In this document: positions 9,042 to 19,120 of the stretch, one piece after another
Layout: each line of letters begins with the position of its first letter
Numbering within the stretch: the stretch's first letter is position 1
Assembly: GCA_015059095.1 (NCBI GenBank)
Contig: SVBA01000003.1
Span: 38,549 to 102,548, forward strand
DNA: 64,000 nucleotides
Direction of reading: 5' to 3'
Source of the DNA: Erysipelotrichaceae bacterium
Lineage (GTDB): Bacteria; Bacillota_I; Bacilli_A; RFN20; CAG-449
Notes under the pieces: generated by a model
The model's database searches: none
What the model saw: the letters and a program-made list of their open reading frames with translations, nothing else
What the model was told of the DNA's origin: nothing
Program-made: the position numbers and the translations under genes

Positions 9042-10397
9042 TTAAACTTTTTTATTCTTTTTAACATCCTTCCTAAAAAACTTTATTTTAAGTTTTTTTA
9101 TATCTAATGGGATAAAAGGATATAAATAAGGATATCCCATTACTTTAATACTAACCAAATGAATAAAAAGAATAATTATTCCAATTAAAAATCCTACCTT
9201 ACCAAATAACACACTTACTATAAATAAGCAAATGGATATAACTCTATTAGATAAGGATAATTCATAACTTGGAATTGAAAAACTTGATATTGTAAATATC
9301 GATAAGATTATTAAAACATCTTTTACAAATATTCCTAAACTCATACTCACTTCCCCTAAAATAATACCAATAACAATTGATAGGGCGCTCATTAAAGTAT
9401 TTGGCGTATGAATAATTGCAATTCTAAATAATTCAATCACAAATAAACCAATAGAAATTTGAGACCATAATGGTAAAGATGATGTATTTTCAATATTTAA
9501 ATTATACAAATTATTTAGACTAGACGTAGTAGCAAGCAAATATGATATGGGCAAAAAAAATAAAGATAGTAAAATGCCTAAATATCTTAACATTTTAGTT
9601 AAATTTCCAAGTATATAATTTTGTCTATACTCTTCAACATTTTTCATGTGATCAAAGATAGATATAGGTACAATTATTGCATTTGAAGAAGTATCAACTA
9701 ATAAAACAATATGTCCTTCCATTAAGTATAAAGAACTTACATCCGGTCTTTCAGAATACCTTACTAAAGGAAAAATTGTTTTATTTTGATTAAATAGTTT
9801 TTCTTCTAAAGATCGATCGCTCATAATTAACGATTCTACATTAATTTCTTTGAGTTTTCTTTTTAGTAACTTAAGTTTTATAGTATCTACTTTACTAGAA
9901 ATATAACAAATACATATGCTGGTTTTAGAATAACTACCTACCCTTAAAGCTTCTATTATTAAATCATCGGATTTTATTCTTGTTCTTAACAATGAAATAT
10001 TCACTATTAAAGATTCATTAAATCCATCTTTTGATCCTCTTAAACTTTTTTCAACTTCTGGTTCACTGATTCCCCTAGAAGGAACCTTTCTTAAATCTAC
10101 TAAAATGAAATATTCAGCATTATTAACATATAAAACCACTTGACCTTCATGAAGTAACAAAATCACTTCATCAAGATTAGAAGAAGTAGATATTTTAATG
10201 TTATCTAATTTAGAATAAATGTCATTTATAGATTCACTTAATCTTAGTGAACGCTGAAGTCCCATAACCATATATTCATCAACTAATGATGAAAAAAAGA
10301 TAAGTTTATAAGAAAATTTATCTTCTTTCACTTCTCTTATATATAAGTCGACATTATCTTTAACATTAATTTTCTTAATTAATTCAAAATATATCAT
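9042..10397 (-). CDS. spoVAF: GerA-family spore protein, SpoVAF by position
   Basis: RGISEPEVEKSLRGSKDGFNE, RYSERPD, EGHIVLLVDTS, PSYELS, PYLYPFIP; directly follows spoVAE. Confidence 0.8.
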   Translation of the reverse strand: MIYFELIKKINVKDNVDLYIREVKEDKFSYKLIFFSSLVDEYMVMGLQRSLRLSESINDIYSKLDNIKISTSSNLDEVILLLHEGQVVLYVNNAEYFILVDLRKVPSRGISEPEVEKSLRGSKDGFNESLIVNISLLRTRIKSDDLIIEALRVGSYSKTSICICYISSKVDTIKLKLLKRKLKEINVESLIMSDRSLEEKLFNQNKTIFPLVRYSERPDVSSLYLMEGHIVLLVDTSSNAIIVPISIFDHMKNVEEYRQNYILGNLTKMLRYLGILLSLFFLPISYLLATTSSLNNLYNLNIENTSSLPLWSQISIGLFVIELFRIAIIHTPNTLMSALSIVIGIILGEVSMSLGIFVKDVLIILSIFTISSFSIPSYELSLSNRVISICLFIVSVLFGKVGFLIGIIILFIHLVSIKVMGYPYLYPFIPLDIKKLKIKFFRKDVKKNKKV

Positions 10398-10750
10398 TTT
10401 ATTATTCTTACTCTTGGTAATAAACTCATTAAAATTGAAAGAAATATTACATATCCCAAAGTAGTTGATACATACTTAAATAGATATTGGAAAATACCAA
10501 AGAAGCCATTAACCTTTGCTCCTTCTAATCCTCCCTTTACTAATAAATTTCCAAAGTTCAAAATTAAGGAAGTCGCTCCACCTCCACATAAATCAATTAT
10601 AATATCATATACGCCAATTCCTCCCAAAATCGCGCCTATTATTACAAATAATGTCGTAATATGACCAGGTGTTAATTTACTATGTAAATATATTACTTCA
10701 CCAATAAAACAAAGTAATCCTGCGAATAAAAAACTATTTAGATAAATCAT
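10394..10750 (-). CDS. spoVAE: Stage V sporulation protein AE (SpoVAEb)
   Basis: FLFAGLLCFIG, KLTPGHI, GGGATSLILNFGNLLVKG. Confidence 0.85.
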   Translation of the reverse strand: MIYLNSFLFAGLLCFIGEVIYLHSKLTPGHITTLFVIIGAILGGIGVYDIIIDLCGGGATSLILNFGNLLVKGGLEGAKVNGFFGIFQYLFKYVSTTLGYVIFLSILMSLLPRVRIIK

Positions 10751-11729
10751 ATAATACCTCCAATTCTATACAATGAGAAACTAAAGGAATATCCTCTTTT
10801 TGATCAACTGATATTTTTGAATGTAATGATCCAGTACCTACTAATAATACCTTTTTGTAATTACCTTCTTCTATCATTTTCTTTAAATATGAAAATCCTA
10901 CTATTCCAATACATGCACATCCAGAGCCACCACAAAAATATCTTTTATCTTCTCCAAATAAAATCTTGCCACAATCTAAATGATTATATAGCTCAATCCC
11001 CTCATATTTAAATAAATCTATTAATACTTTGCTACCTAGAGAAGACAAATCACCAGTTAAAATTAAATCGTAATCTCTATTTGTTGTCTTTGTATTCTCA
11101 AAATGAGATTTTATTGTCCTATATGCAGCATAAGCCATGGGACTACCCATATCTAAAGCATCAGACCAAGATATATCTTCGATTTTACCTATTGTCGCTT
11201 TAGTAATTCTTATTTCACTTTTTTTATTTGAAATAAGACAAGATACTGCTCCAGTACTAGTAATAGTCGTTGTATCCTTTTTTTGACCACCATAATCTAA
11301 AGGATATCTAAATTGTCTTTCTGCACTTCCATAATTAGATGAAGTAAAACTTATTGAATTATTCACTATTTTATTTGACACAAATATTGAAGAAAGAATC
11401 ATTGATAATATTAAAGTAGCACATGCTGAATACACCCCTACAAATGATGAATCTAATTGCATTCCAACTTGGTGAGACACAAATAATTGAGAAGTCAGAT
11501 CTCCTCCAAAATAAATCTCAGGATGATAGTTTCCTGTTTTTTTATATAAAATTAATAGACTTGTTTTTAAAAATTGTGCTTCTGCTTGCTCATAACTATC
11601 TTCATTTGCAAGTTCATCTTTATAAATATAGTCAATATACTTATCTAAATATTTACTTTCTTTTTTACTTGTTACAATTGATGTTTCATTTAAATATACT
11701 TCATTAAATGTAATTAAAATATTTTTCAT
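10734..11729 (-). CDS. spoVAD: Stage V sporulation protein AD
   Basis: GDL, GVYSACAT, AERQFRYPLDYGGQK, TGDL, GGSGCAC. Confidence 0.92.
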   Translation of the reverse strand: MKNILITFNEVYLNETSIVTSKKESKYLDKYIDYIYKDELANEDSYEQAEAQFLKTSLLILYKKTGNYHPEIYFGGDLTSQLFVSHQVGMQLDSSFVGVYSACATLILSMILSSIFVSNKIVNNSISFTSSNYGSAERQFRYPLDYGGQKKDTTTITSTGAVSCLISNKKSEIRITKATIGKIEDISWSDALDMGSPMAYAAYRTIKSHFENTKTTNRDYDLILTGDLSSLGSKVLIDLFKYEGIELYNHLDCGKILFGEDKRYFCGGSGCACIGIVGFSYLKKMIEEGNYKKVLLVGTGSLHSKISVDQKEDIPLVSHCIELEVLYDLSK

Positions 11730-12175
11730 AATGATACTCCAAAAAATGATAATAAATACCTAATTATTACAACAAACACGCTAAAGAATACACCATAAGA
11801 TATTACAGATCCTGCCAAAGAAAAAATTCTACTTCCTACTCCGGCAATATATCCTTCAGTTTTACCTTCAATTGAAGATGAACACATGGAATTAGAAAAA
11901 CCACTAATAGGAACAAATAAACCCGCTCCAAATAATTGTCCTAAATACTTATATAGAGATAAAACAGTTAATAAAGCAGTAACACTTACTAAAGTTAAAC
12001 TAGTCAAAACTATAGCTATATCTTCATTTATTCCTAAATATACATATAAATCAATTAACCCTTGAGATATTAAACCTATTAATCCTCCACCTAAAAAAGC
12101 CAATAAATACTCTTTAAAATAGTATTTTTTTGGCTTATTATCTTTTACAATTTTTGAAAAAACAATTTTATTCAT
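11726..12175 (-). CDS. spoVAC: Stage V sporulation protein AC
   Basis: AFLGGGLIG, GAGLFVPISGFSNS, IFSLAGSVI; ATG at 12175 follows GAGGTG. Confidence 0.9.
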   Translation of the reverse strand: MNKIVFSKIVKDNKPKKYYFKEYLLAFLGGGLIGLISQGLIDLYVYLGINEDIAIVLTSLTLVSVTALLTVLSLYKYLGQLFGAGLFVPISGFSNSMCSSSIEGKTEGYIAGVGSRIFSLAGSVISYGVFFSVFVVIIRYLLSFFGVSL

Positions 12176-12190
12176 AACACACCTCAAAAT

Positions 12191-12219
12191 TATTTTTCCT
12201 TTATTTTTAAAATATATTC
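12191..12219 (-). promoter_or_regulatory. Forespore sigma-F/sigma-G-type promoter for spoVA
   Basis: Minus strand GAATA-N15-GGAAAAATA just upstream of the spoVAC RBS; resembles the sigF/sigG consensus. Confidence 0.55.
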
Positions 12220-12913
12220 AGATTAATGTCTTTAATTTCTCTAATATTTTTGTTTCTAATCTAGAAATTTGAACTTGTGAATAATTTAATCTCTCACTTA
12301 CCTCTTGTTGACTTAATCCATCAAAGTATCTTAATTCAATAATTAGTCTTTCTTTTTTTTCTAATTTTTCCAATGCTAATTTTATACTAACTTGATCAAA
12401 TATAGATATACCTTTATCACTAACATTATTTATTAGTGTATTGTCATTATCATCACTTATTTCTTCATCTAAGGAAAACACTTTATTATTACTATCTAAA
12501 GCTTCAATAATATCTTCTCTAGTCTCATTAATATGATTTGCGATTTCATCAAGAGTAGGTGATCTTAATAGTAATGATTCTAATTCATCAATTGCCTTAT
12601 TTATTTTTAAATATAACTCTTTTTTGCTTCTTGAAACTCGCAATAAAGAAGAATCTCTAAAATGTCTTTTTATTTCTCCTAATATTAGTGGAACTGCATA
12701 TGTAGAAAAATTCACACCATAAGAAAAATCAAATTTAGAAATTGCCATTAATAAACCATAATTTGCATCACTTAAAACATCTTCATATTCATTTTTATGA
12801 ATATTATATCTTTTTAATAAAGAGTAAACTAATTTTTGATTCTCTTTATAAAATTCTTCAAATGCTTCTTTATCTCCTTCTTTTGCCTTTTTTAATAATT
12901 CTAAATTATCCAT
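12218..12913 (-). CDS. sigF: Sporulation sigma factor SigF
   Basis: FSTYAVPLILGEIKRHFRD, LRVSRS, SQVQISRLE; third gene of spoIIA. Confidence 0.92.
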   Translation of the reverse strand: MDNLELLKKAKEGDKEAFEEFYKENQKLVYSLLKRYNIHKNEYEDVLSDANYGLLMAISKFDFSYGVNFSTYAVPLILGEIKRHFRDSSLLRVSRSKKELYLKINKAIDELESLLLRSPTLDEIANHINETREDIIEALDSNNKVFSLDEEISDDNDNTLINNVSDKGISIFDQVSIKLALEKLEKKERLIIELRYFDGLSQQEVSERLNYSQVQISRLETKILEKLKTLI

Positions 12914-13343
12914 TTATAACTACCGGATGGAACTTCTTTTTGATAATTAGTTTTACTCCAACACCTACAATAGAAGTAATATTAAAAGAATCAGATAAAG
13001 AATCAATAATTGTTAGTCCCATACCTGCTCTTTCTAAATCAGGACGAGATGTATAATGAGGAACTCTTGCCTCTTTTACATTTTCAATACCTACTCCATA
13101 ATCTTTAATAATAATTTCTACTTCATCTTCAAAAATAGTTGCTTTCATATAAACATATTTGTTTGAGTCAAATTTATATCCATGAATTATCGCATTTGAT
13201 ACTGCTTCTGATACAATTGTTTTAAATTCCGATATCTCATCTAGTCCTAAATTATAAGGACTTAAAAATGATGTCAAAGAATTTCTTGCTAATAATTCAT
13301 TAGATAATGTTGCTTTAAATTTTAATTCAAAACTGTTACTCAT
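12906..13343 (-). CDS. spoIIAB: Anti-sigma F factor
   Basis: KTIVSEAVSNAIIHGY, DYGVGI, ERAGMGLTII. Confidence 0.95.
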   Translation of the reverse strand: MSNSFELKFKATLSNELLARNSLTSFLSPYNLGLDEISEFKTIVSEAVSNAIIHGYKFDSNKYVYMKATIFEDEVEIIIKDYGVGIENVKEARVPHYTSRPDLERAGMGLTIIDSLSDSFNITSIVGVGVKLIIKKKFHPVVING

Positions 13344-13693
13344 AGTGTTATTCTTTCCTCCTTCATAAATGCTTTTAAAGAACTATACTCTTTCATAATT
13401 GAAAATAACCCTGATATTTGGATTACTTTTCTAGAGTAAGAATTAAGTCCAATTAGACCCATAATACCTTTTACTCTTTCAATTTCATTAAATCTTCCTA
13501 AGATTAGGCCAATCCCTGCACTATCAATAAACGTAAGATCCTTAAAGTCCCATATAATATATTTAGGACCATACTCTCTCATATACTGATGAATTTTTTC
13601 CTTATATAAGAACGTTTTACTAGAATCTAGATCTCCTGAAATTTTAATTACCAGTCCTTCATCAAAGGAGGTTATTTTTATCTTGCTTTCCAT
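13340..13693 (-). CDS. spoIIAA: Anti-sigma F factor antagonist (STAS)
   Basis: GDLD, FIDSAGIGLILGR; ATG at 13693 follows GGAGG. Confidence 0.92.
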   Translation of the reverse strand: MESKIKITSFDEGLVIKISGDLDSSKTFLYKEKIHQYMREYGPKYIIWDFKDLTFIDSAGIGLILGRFNEIERVKGIMGLIGLNSYSRKVIQISGLFSIMKEYSSLKAFMKEERITL

Positions 13694-13750
13694 ATACTTT
13701 CCTCCACGCATATAGTCTACTAAAGACAAAATAAAAAAAATCGCATACTA

Positions 13751-13757
13751 TGTCGAA
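13751..13757 (-). promoter_or_regulatory. Spo0A box upstream of spoIIA
   Basis: Perfect TGTCGAA on + (TTCGACA on the spoIIA strand), 58 bp upstream of the spoIIAA start. Confidence 0.65.
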
Positions 13758-13780
13758 TACATTAATTTATTTTATAAAAG

Positions 13781-13805
13781 AAAAAAACTTCACTATGTGA
13801 AGTTT
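13781..13805 (-). terminator. Terminator after dacF
   Basis: AAACTTCAC-tat-GTGAAGTTT hairpin with a U-tract on -. Confidence 0.7.
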
Positions 13806-14958
13806 ATACAATACTTTTTATAATATTGTTAATCCATAATTTGAATAAATTCATTTTTTCAACTTTTTCTTTAATAATTAAATCATAATGTAAATAACAA
13901 TTTTCACTTATTTCTACAACAAGTTTTCCAACAATATCATTTTCCTTTAAAGGTAACTTATTATCTAATAATTCAATTCGATAATTAAAGTCCTTAATAT
14001 CTTCATTTTCTAGATGAACTATATCAACATTTTCATTCAAATACAAATCAACTTCTTTCCCCATTGAATTTTCAAAAATATACTTTGATAAAATATCATC
14101 TTTAGAAAATAATCGATCTACTTTTAATTTTGAAAAGGCATAATTTACTAATTTAATAGTATCTTGACTTCTTTCTTGTATCGACTTCTCATTCATAACT
14201 ACACTAATAACTCTAATACCGTTTCTTTTAACAGTTGAAGCTAGATTATATCCAGCTTTAGAAGTATATCCAGTTTTTAAACCATCCATCCCATCACAAT
14301 GCTTTAATAATTTGTTCGTATTAACTAACCAAAACTCTTCATTTCTATTACCTTTAATATAATCTTCAGTTAATGAAGAATACTCTAATACCTCTTGATA
14401 ATCTAACACTAATCTCCTAGCAATTATTCCCATATCATACGGTGTTGTATAATGATTTTCATCATCAAATCCTGTCGCATTAACAAAATTTGTATTCTCC
14501 ATTTTTAATTCTTTTGCTTTTTTATTCATCTTATCCACAAATGCCTCATTGCTGCCAAAAAGATGTTCTCCTAAGCAAACTATCGCATCATTAGCAGAAT
14601 TGATTGCTACAGCCTTAAAAAGGTCATTTACTGACATTTGTTCACCTTCTTCTAGAAAGATTTGAGTTCCACCCATACTAGAAGCAAAACTAGAACAAGT
14701 TACCATATCTTCAAAAGATAATTTGTTATTATTGATTGCCTCTAAAACTAAATACATCCCCATCATTTTTGTCATAGATGCAGGATAAGCTTTACTATGT
14801 TCATTACTTGCATAAAGAATTCTTCCAGTAGTCACTTCCATTACTAAACTCTTATCTCCATTTAAAGATAATGTTTCTTCTGCTGATACTTTACTATATT
14901 TAAATAAACTTATGATATTACAAAATAAAATCATTAATAAAATCAGTATTTTTTTCAT
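13804..14958 (-). CDS. dacF: D-alanyl-D-alanine carboxypeptidase (DacF by synteny)
   Basis: PASMTK (SxxK), SAND (SxN), LKTGYT; signal peptide; upstream of spoIIA. Confidence 0.85.
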   Translation of the reverse strand: MKKILILLMILFCNIISLFKYSKVSAEETLSLNGDKSLVMEVTTGRILYASNEHSKAYPASMTKMMGMYLVLEAINNNKLSFEDMVTCSSFASSMGGTQIFLEEGEQMSVNDLFKAVAINSANDAIVCLGEHLFGSNEAFVDKMNKKAKELKMENTNFVNATGFDDENHYTTPYDMGIIARRLVLDYQEVLEYSSLTEDYIKGNRNEEFWLVNTNKLLKHCDGMDGLKTGYTSKAGYNLASTVKRNGIRVISVVMNEKSIQERSQDTIKLVNYAFSKLKVDRLFSKDDILSKYIFENSMGKEVDLYLNENVDIVHLENEDIKDFNYRIELLDNKLPLKENDIVGKLVVEISENCYLHYDLIIKEKVEKMNLFKLWINNIIKSIV

Positions 14959-15048
14959 TATTTAATCTCCTTATTTTAAAATATGAGATTTCTAATAATC
15001 ATAGAACAAAATAAAAGACCCATTTACTAAGTAAACAGGTCTAAATTA

Positions 15049-16002
15049 CTATTTTTTATTACCATTAATAGAATTTAATACTTGGAATGGATCTACTCTT
15101 GATTTTAAAATAACCATACTTTGAGAGGCATAATCATGAGGACCTATATTATTCTTAGTAATACATATCATCGCGACAGAAATAATAATTGTTAATGGTA
15201 CAAAATAATCATATTGTAAATAAAGCATTAAAGGCATACAGTAATTAAATAAGAATAAAATTAAATATCTTACAATAATTTGCCATCTTTTAATAGTTGA
15301 AATATCTCTAACATCTACAATACAAATACGATGAATTATTTGAGAAGGTGTTTCACCTTCTTTTCTAATAAGTGGAATTACTAAATAAATAATTGAAGTT
15401 CCAACAAACAAAGAAAGAACAAAAGAAATAACTACAAGCGATTCAACTTTATTTACTTTAGAATAGTAATCAGGATTAGAAGAAAAGAAATTCAATGCAT
15501 CTTGATATTCATCCTCATAAAATGCTTTTAAATCTTCTTCTTTTGCATCTAACTTCTCAACATATTGATTATTATCTAGAACAAAACACTTATTATTTTG
15601 TTTTTCATTATTGTACTTATCGATCATATTCTTACTTGAAGCATATTGATCATTAGTATAATAATCAATAATTACTTTATCCATTTGTTTATAATCATCA
15701 TATTCAACATAATTATTATTTTCATCTAAATAATATAATCCAGATTCTTCATACATAGTATGAATGTTATCTATTAAAGTATTATATCCAGCTTTTTCAG
15801 AAAACAAATTAACTAAAGCAATTTCAACTCCTACAGAAATAATTAAAACAAAGAAAATATCTAATAAACCTGCCCAAATACGCTTTAATAGTGATGGTTT
15901 TGCTAGTTTATTAACCTTTTCTCTATGTTTGTCTTTTTCCATTTTTTGCATCTCTATTTCCATTTGTTCAACTAGAGACATTTCTTTCATTTTTTTACTC
16001 AT
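15049..16002 (-). CDS. RDD family membrane protein
   Basis: KRIWAGLLD, GETP, IIVRY, GPHDYASQS. Confidence 0.75.
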   Translation of the reverse strand: MSKKMKEMSLVEQMEIEMQKMEKDKHREKVNKLAKPSLLKRIWAGLLDIFFVLIISVGVEIALVNLFSEKAGYNTLIDNIHTMYEESGLYYLDENNNYVEYDDYKQMDKVIIDYYTNDQYASSKNMIDKYNNEKQNNKCFVLDNNQYVEKLDAKEEDLKAFYEDEYQDALNFFSSNPDYYSKVNKVESLVVISFVLSLFVGTSIIYLVIPLIRKEGETPSQIIHRICIVDVRDISTIKRWQIIVRYLILFLFNYCMPLMLYLQYDYFVPLTIIISVAMICITKNNIGPHDYASQSMVILKSRVDPFQVLNSINGNKK

Positions 16003-16052
16003 AATTTGTTCTCCTAATAAAGAAATAGGCTGATGACCAGCCTATCTTTAAA

Positions 16053-17168
16053 TTATTTAATGACTTGTACTGAACCTAATGTAACTTGATTTTTTGTAGT
16101 AGCATCAAATAAAACAATACCATTACCTACAATATCAAATGTAATTTTTTCATCTACATCATAATCGATAGATCCAAATACTACTGAAGATAAAATTTCT
16201 TCTCCTATTTTAATCTTAACAGTAGTTTCCATACCTGCTGGTAAAGTCGAATATGCTAAACCATGAATTGCTCCACCTTCTTTAATTGGTAAGAATTCAG
16301 GTCTAATACCAATAACAACTTTTTCATCAGTTAAAGAAATATCTTTTTCTCCAGTATATTTAACTCTAATTCCTAAGAATTCTAATTCGCATTCTTTACC
16401 ATTGACTTTAGAAGCTGTAGCTTCAATAAAGTTCATAGTAGGATTTCCTACGAAATCAGCGACGAATAAGTTATTAGGACGGTTATAAACATATAATGGT
16501 GGATCATATTGTTGTAAGATACCTTTGTCAATTAAGCAAACTCTAGTTGCTAAAGTCATAGCTTCTAATTGGTCATGAGTAACATAAACAAATGTAGAGT
16601 TAGTGTCAGAATGAAGACGTTTTAATTCAGTTCTCATTTCACCACGTAACTTAGCATCTAAGTTCGATAATGGTTCATCCATGAATAAAACCTTTGGTTC
16701 TGGTGCTAAAGTTCTTGCAATCGCAACACGTTGTTGTTGACCACCAGATAATTCTGCTGGATAACGATCTTTAAATTCTTCGATTTTTAACATTTTCATG
16801 ACTTCGACAACTCTAGCTTGAATTTTATCTCTCGGCCATTTTAAGTTTTCAAGACCAAATGAAATATTTTTCCAAACTGTCATATGTGGCCATAAAGCAT
16901 AGTTTTGGAATAAGAAACCAACATCACGTTTAGCAGGTGAAACATTAATTCCTGATTCTGAATCAAACACTACTTGGTCACCAATAATAATTTTTCCTTC
17001 AGTTGGAGTTTCTAAGCCAGCGATCATTCTTAAAGTTGTTGTTTTACCACATCCTGATGGACCTAATAAAGTAACAAATTCACGATCTTCAATAACCATA
17101 TTTAAATGGTCAACTGCCACGAAATTACCCCAACGTTTAGAAACGTTAATTAATTCAATTCTTGGCAT
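16053..17168 (-). CDS. ABC transporter ATP-binding subunit (FbpC/AfuC/MalK-like)
   Basis: GPSGCGKTT, FQNYALWPH, LSGGQQQR, DEPLSNLD. Confidence 0.93.
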   Translation of the reverse strand: MPRIELINVSKRWGNFVAVDHLNMVIEDREFVTLLGPSGCGKTTTLRMIAGLETPTEGKIIIGDQVVFDSESGINVSPAKRDVGFLFQNYALWPHMTVWKNISFGLENLKWPRDKIQARVVEVMKMLKIEEFKDRYPAELSGGQQQRVAIARTLAPEPKVLFMDEPLSNLDAKLRGEMRTELKRLHSDTNSTFVYVTHDQLEAMTLATRVCLIDKGILQQYDPPLYVYNRPNNLFVADFVGNPTMNFIEATASKVNGKECELEFLGIRVKYTGEKDISLTDEKVVIGIRPEFLPIKEGGAIHGLAYSTLPAGMETTVKIKIGEEILSSVVFGSIDYDVDEKITFDIVGNGIVLFDATTKNQVTLGSVQVIK

Positions 17169-17172
17169 ATAA

Positions 17173-19050
17173 TTATCCTCCGATTCCTTTGTCAATAGAT
17201 GCGCCTGTTAAAGCGTTGACTAATAAGTTAGCTCCAATTACAAATACAACGATTAATAAGTTAATTGCATTACTAATTTGTCCTAAACCATAAGTGTCAT
17301 AGAATTGCAATGTATTAGTAATTAAAGAGAAATTGTCTGTTAATAATGTAAATAGTGTTAATTCACGCATACATGATATGAATGGTAGTAAATAACCACT
17401 AATAAAGCTTGATTTTTGAATTGGGAATAAGATCTTAGTCATACGTTTTCCCCATGGACATCCAGTAATAATTGCAGCTTCTTCAATTTCACCAGATAAT
17501 TGTAGCATTGCGTTTGTTCCACTTCTTGAAGCGAAAGGTAAGAATTTAATACTACCTGCAATGATACAAATTGCAATTGCAGACCATTGATTATTTGTAT
17601 TAGCAACATTTAACCAGTTAAATTGTGGCATTGTAATTAATGCAAAGAATACCGCACCAAAGCTTAATGCTGGGATTAAATATGGTAAGAATGCTAAACT
17701 TGAAACAAAGTTAGCTAATTTACCACGTCTATTTTTACTTACTGCGTAACCAATTAAAATACCGAATGTACCTGCGAATAGTGCAACTACTGTCGAAACA
17801 AGAATACTTCTACCAAAAGCATTCCAAATTGTAAAGTTATGTAATACACCTTGAGAAGATTGTAATTGTGATGTAATACGAACATCTAAGTCTTCTGTAG
17901 TAGTCCAATATTTTAATGTTAAGGTTGATAAGTCACCAGATTTTGCACACAAACTTTCTAGTACGAAAGTAACTAATGGGAATACTGCAAAGAATCCAAC
18001 AAATGCGATTAATAAAGCAGTAATAGGCCACTTAAATTTTCCTAAATTTGCTTTAGAAATTTGTCCTGATTTACCAGAAACAGTAGTAAAGTTTCTTCTA
18101 CTCTTAGTAAACCAGTTATTAATTGTTAAGATTAACATACTGAACACAAGTAAGATAACAGCAATTACATAACCTTTACCCTTTTGACCAGTAGTTAACA
18201 TTGATCTCATTGTGATTGAAATTGAGTTAAATGAACCATTTGCATTTAAGAAATGTGGAACAGTATAACTTGAAATCGAACTTGCAAATACTAATAAGAC
18301 TGTAGAAATTAAAGCTGGAGCAACAATAGGAAGAGTAATTCTTCTTAAAATTTTAAATCTTGAAGCTTTTAAAATTGTTGCAGCTTCTTCTAAGTTAGCA
18401 TCCATATTTCTTAGAATACCACCGATTAAAATATAAGCAAATGGCATATAGTGGATACCAAGAACAAAAGCAGTAGGCCAGAATCCATATAATAAAGATT
18501 CTGGAACACAAATCCCAGTCATACTCTCTAATAAACCAACTTCATTGTAACAAGAGGTTATTTGTGAGTTTTTAAAGAAGTTTTCCCAGAACATCGCAAT
18601 AGACCAAGAAGGCATAATGTATGGGAATACGAATACTGTAGAAATAAACTTTTTACAAGGCATGTTACTTCTTGTAATAAACCAAGCAATAACTCCACCA
18701 CCCAGTACTGCAACTAAGCAAGCAATTAATGACATTAAGACTGATTTCCAAAGAGGATCCCAGAAGTTAGTTTGCGAAAAACCTTCTACTTCAGAATTGA
18801 ACATTAATAATAACCAGTGCCCAAAAGTCAAATCACCTTTTTTTAAAGTTGTTTCTAATACTTCATTAATTTCTTTTGCTTCTCTTAATGAATGAATAGT
18901 AAATGCATCAAAAGCTAATATAATCAAAGGATAGATAACTGCAATTGATAATATTACCGCAAATACTACTAAAATAATATTTGCAGGATTAGAGAAAAAA
19001 GTCTTAAGATTTCTAAGTATTCTTTTAAAAGAAATATTTTTTAAAGTCAT
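17173..19050 (-). CDS. ABC permease, fused two-domain FbpB/AfuB type
   Basis: Two EAA motifs (LEEAATILKAS; IEEAAIITGCP), about 12 TM segments. Confidence 0.9.
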   Translation of the reverse strand: MTLKNISFKRILRNLKTFFSNPANIILVVFAVILSIAVIYPLIILAFDAFTIHSLREAKEINEVLETTLKKGDLTFGHWLLLMFNSEVEGFSQTNFWDPLWKSVLMSLIACLVAVLGGGVIAWFITRSNMPCKKFISTVFVFPYIMPSWSIAMFWENFFKNSQITSCYNEVGLLESMTGICVPESLLYGFWPTAFVLGIHYMPFAYILIGGILRNMDANLEEAATILKASRFKILRRITLPIVAPALISTVLLVFASSISSYTVPHFLNANGSFNSISITMRSMLTTGQKGKGYVIAVILLVFSMLILTINNWFTKSRRNFTTVSGKSGQISKANLGKFKWPITALLIAFVGFFAVFPLVTFVLESLCAKSGDLSTLTLKYWTTTEDLDVRITSQLQSSQGVLHNFTIWNAFGRSILVSTVVALFAGTFGILIGYAVSKNRRGKLANFVSSLAFLPYLIPALSFGAVFFALITMPQFNWLNVANTNNQWSAIAICIIAGSIKFLPFASRSGTNAMLQLSGEIEEAAIITGCPWGKRMTKILFPIQKSSFISGYLLPFISCMRELTLFTLLTDNFSLITNTLQFYDTYGLGQISNAINLLIVVFVIGANLLVNALTGASIDKGIGG

Positions 19051-19070
19051 AATTTTCTCCTAGATTTTGA

Positions 19071-19094
19071 AAGAAGGAGATTTCTCTCCTTCTT
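19071..19094 (-). terminator. Stem-loop between SBP and permease (terminator or mRNA stabiliser)
   Basis: AAGAAGGAGA-tttc-TCTCCTTCTT. Confidence 0.6.
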
Positions 19095-19120
19095 AATTAA
19101 ATATAGCTATTAGTAATTAA

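Noticed and set aside
12218-12220. Mollicute-type TGA=Trp code suggested by the low GC content
   Set aside because: TGA ends full-length sigF, spoVAC and rlmN, and conserved Trp residues use TGG
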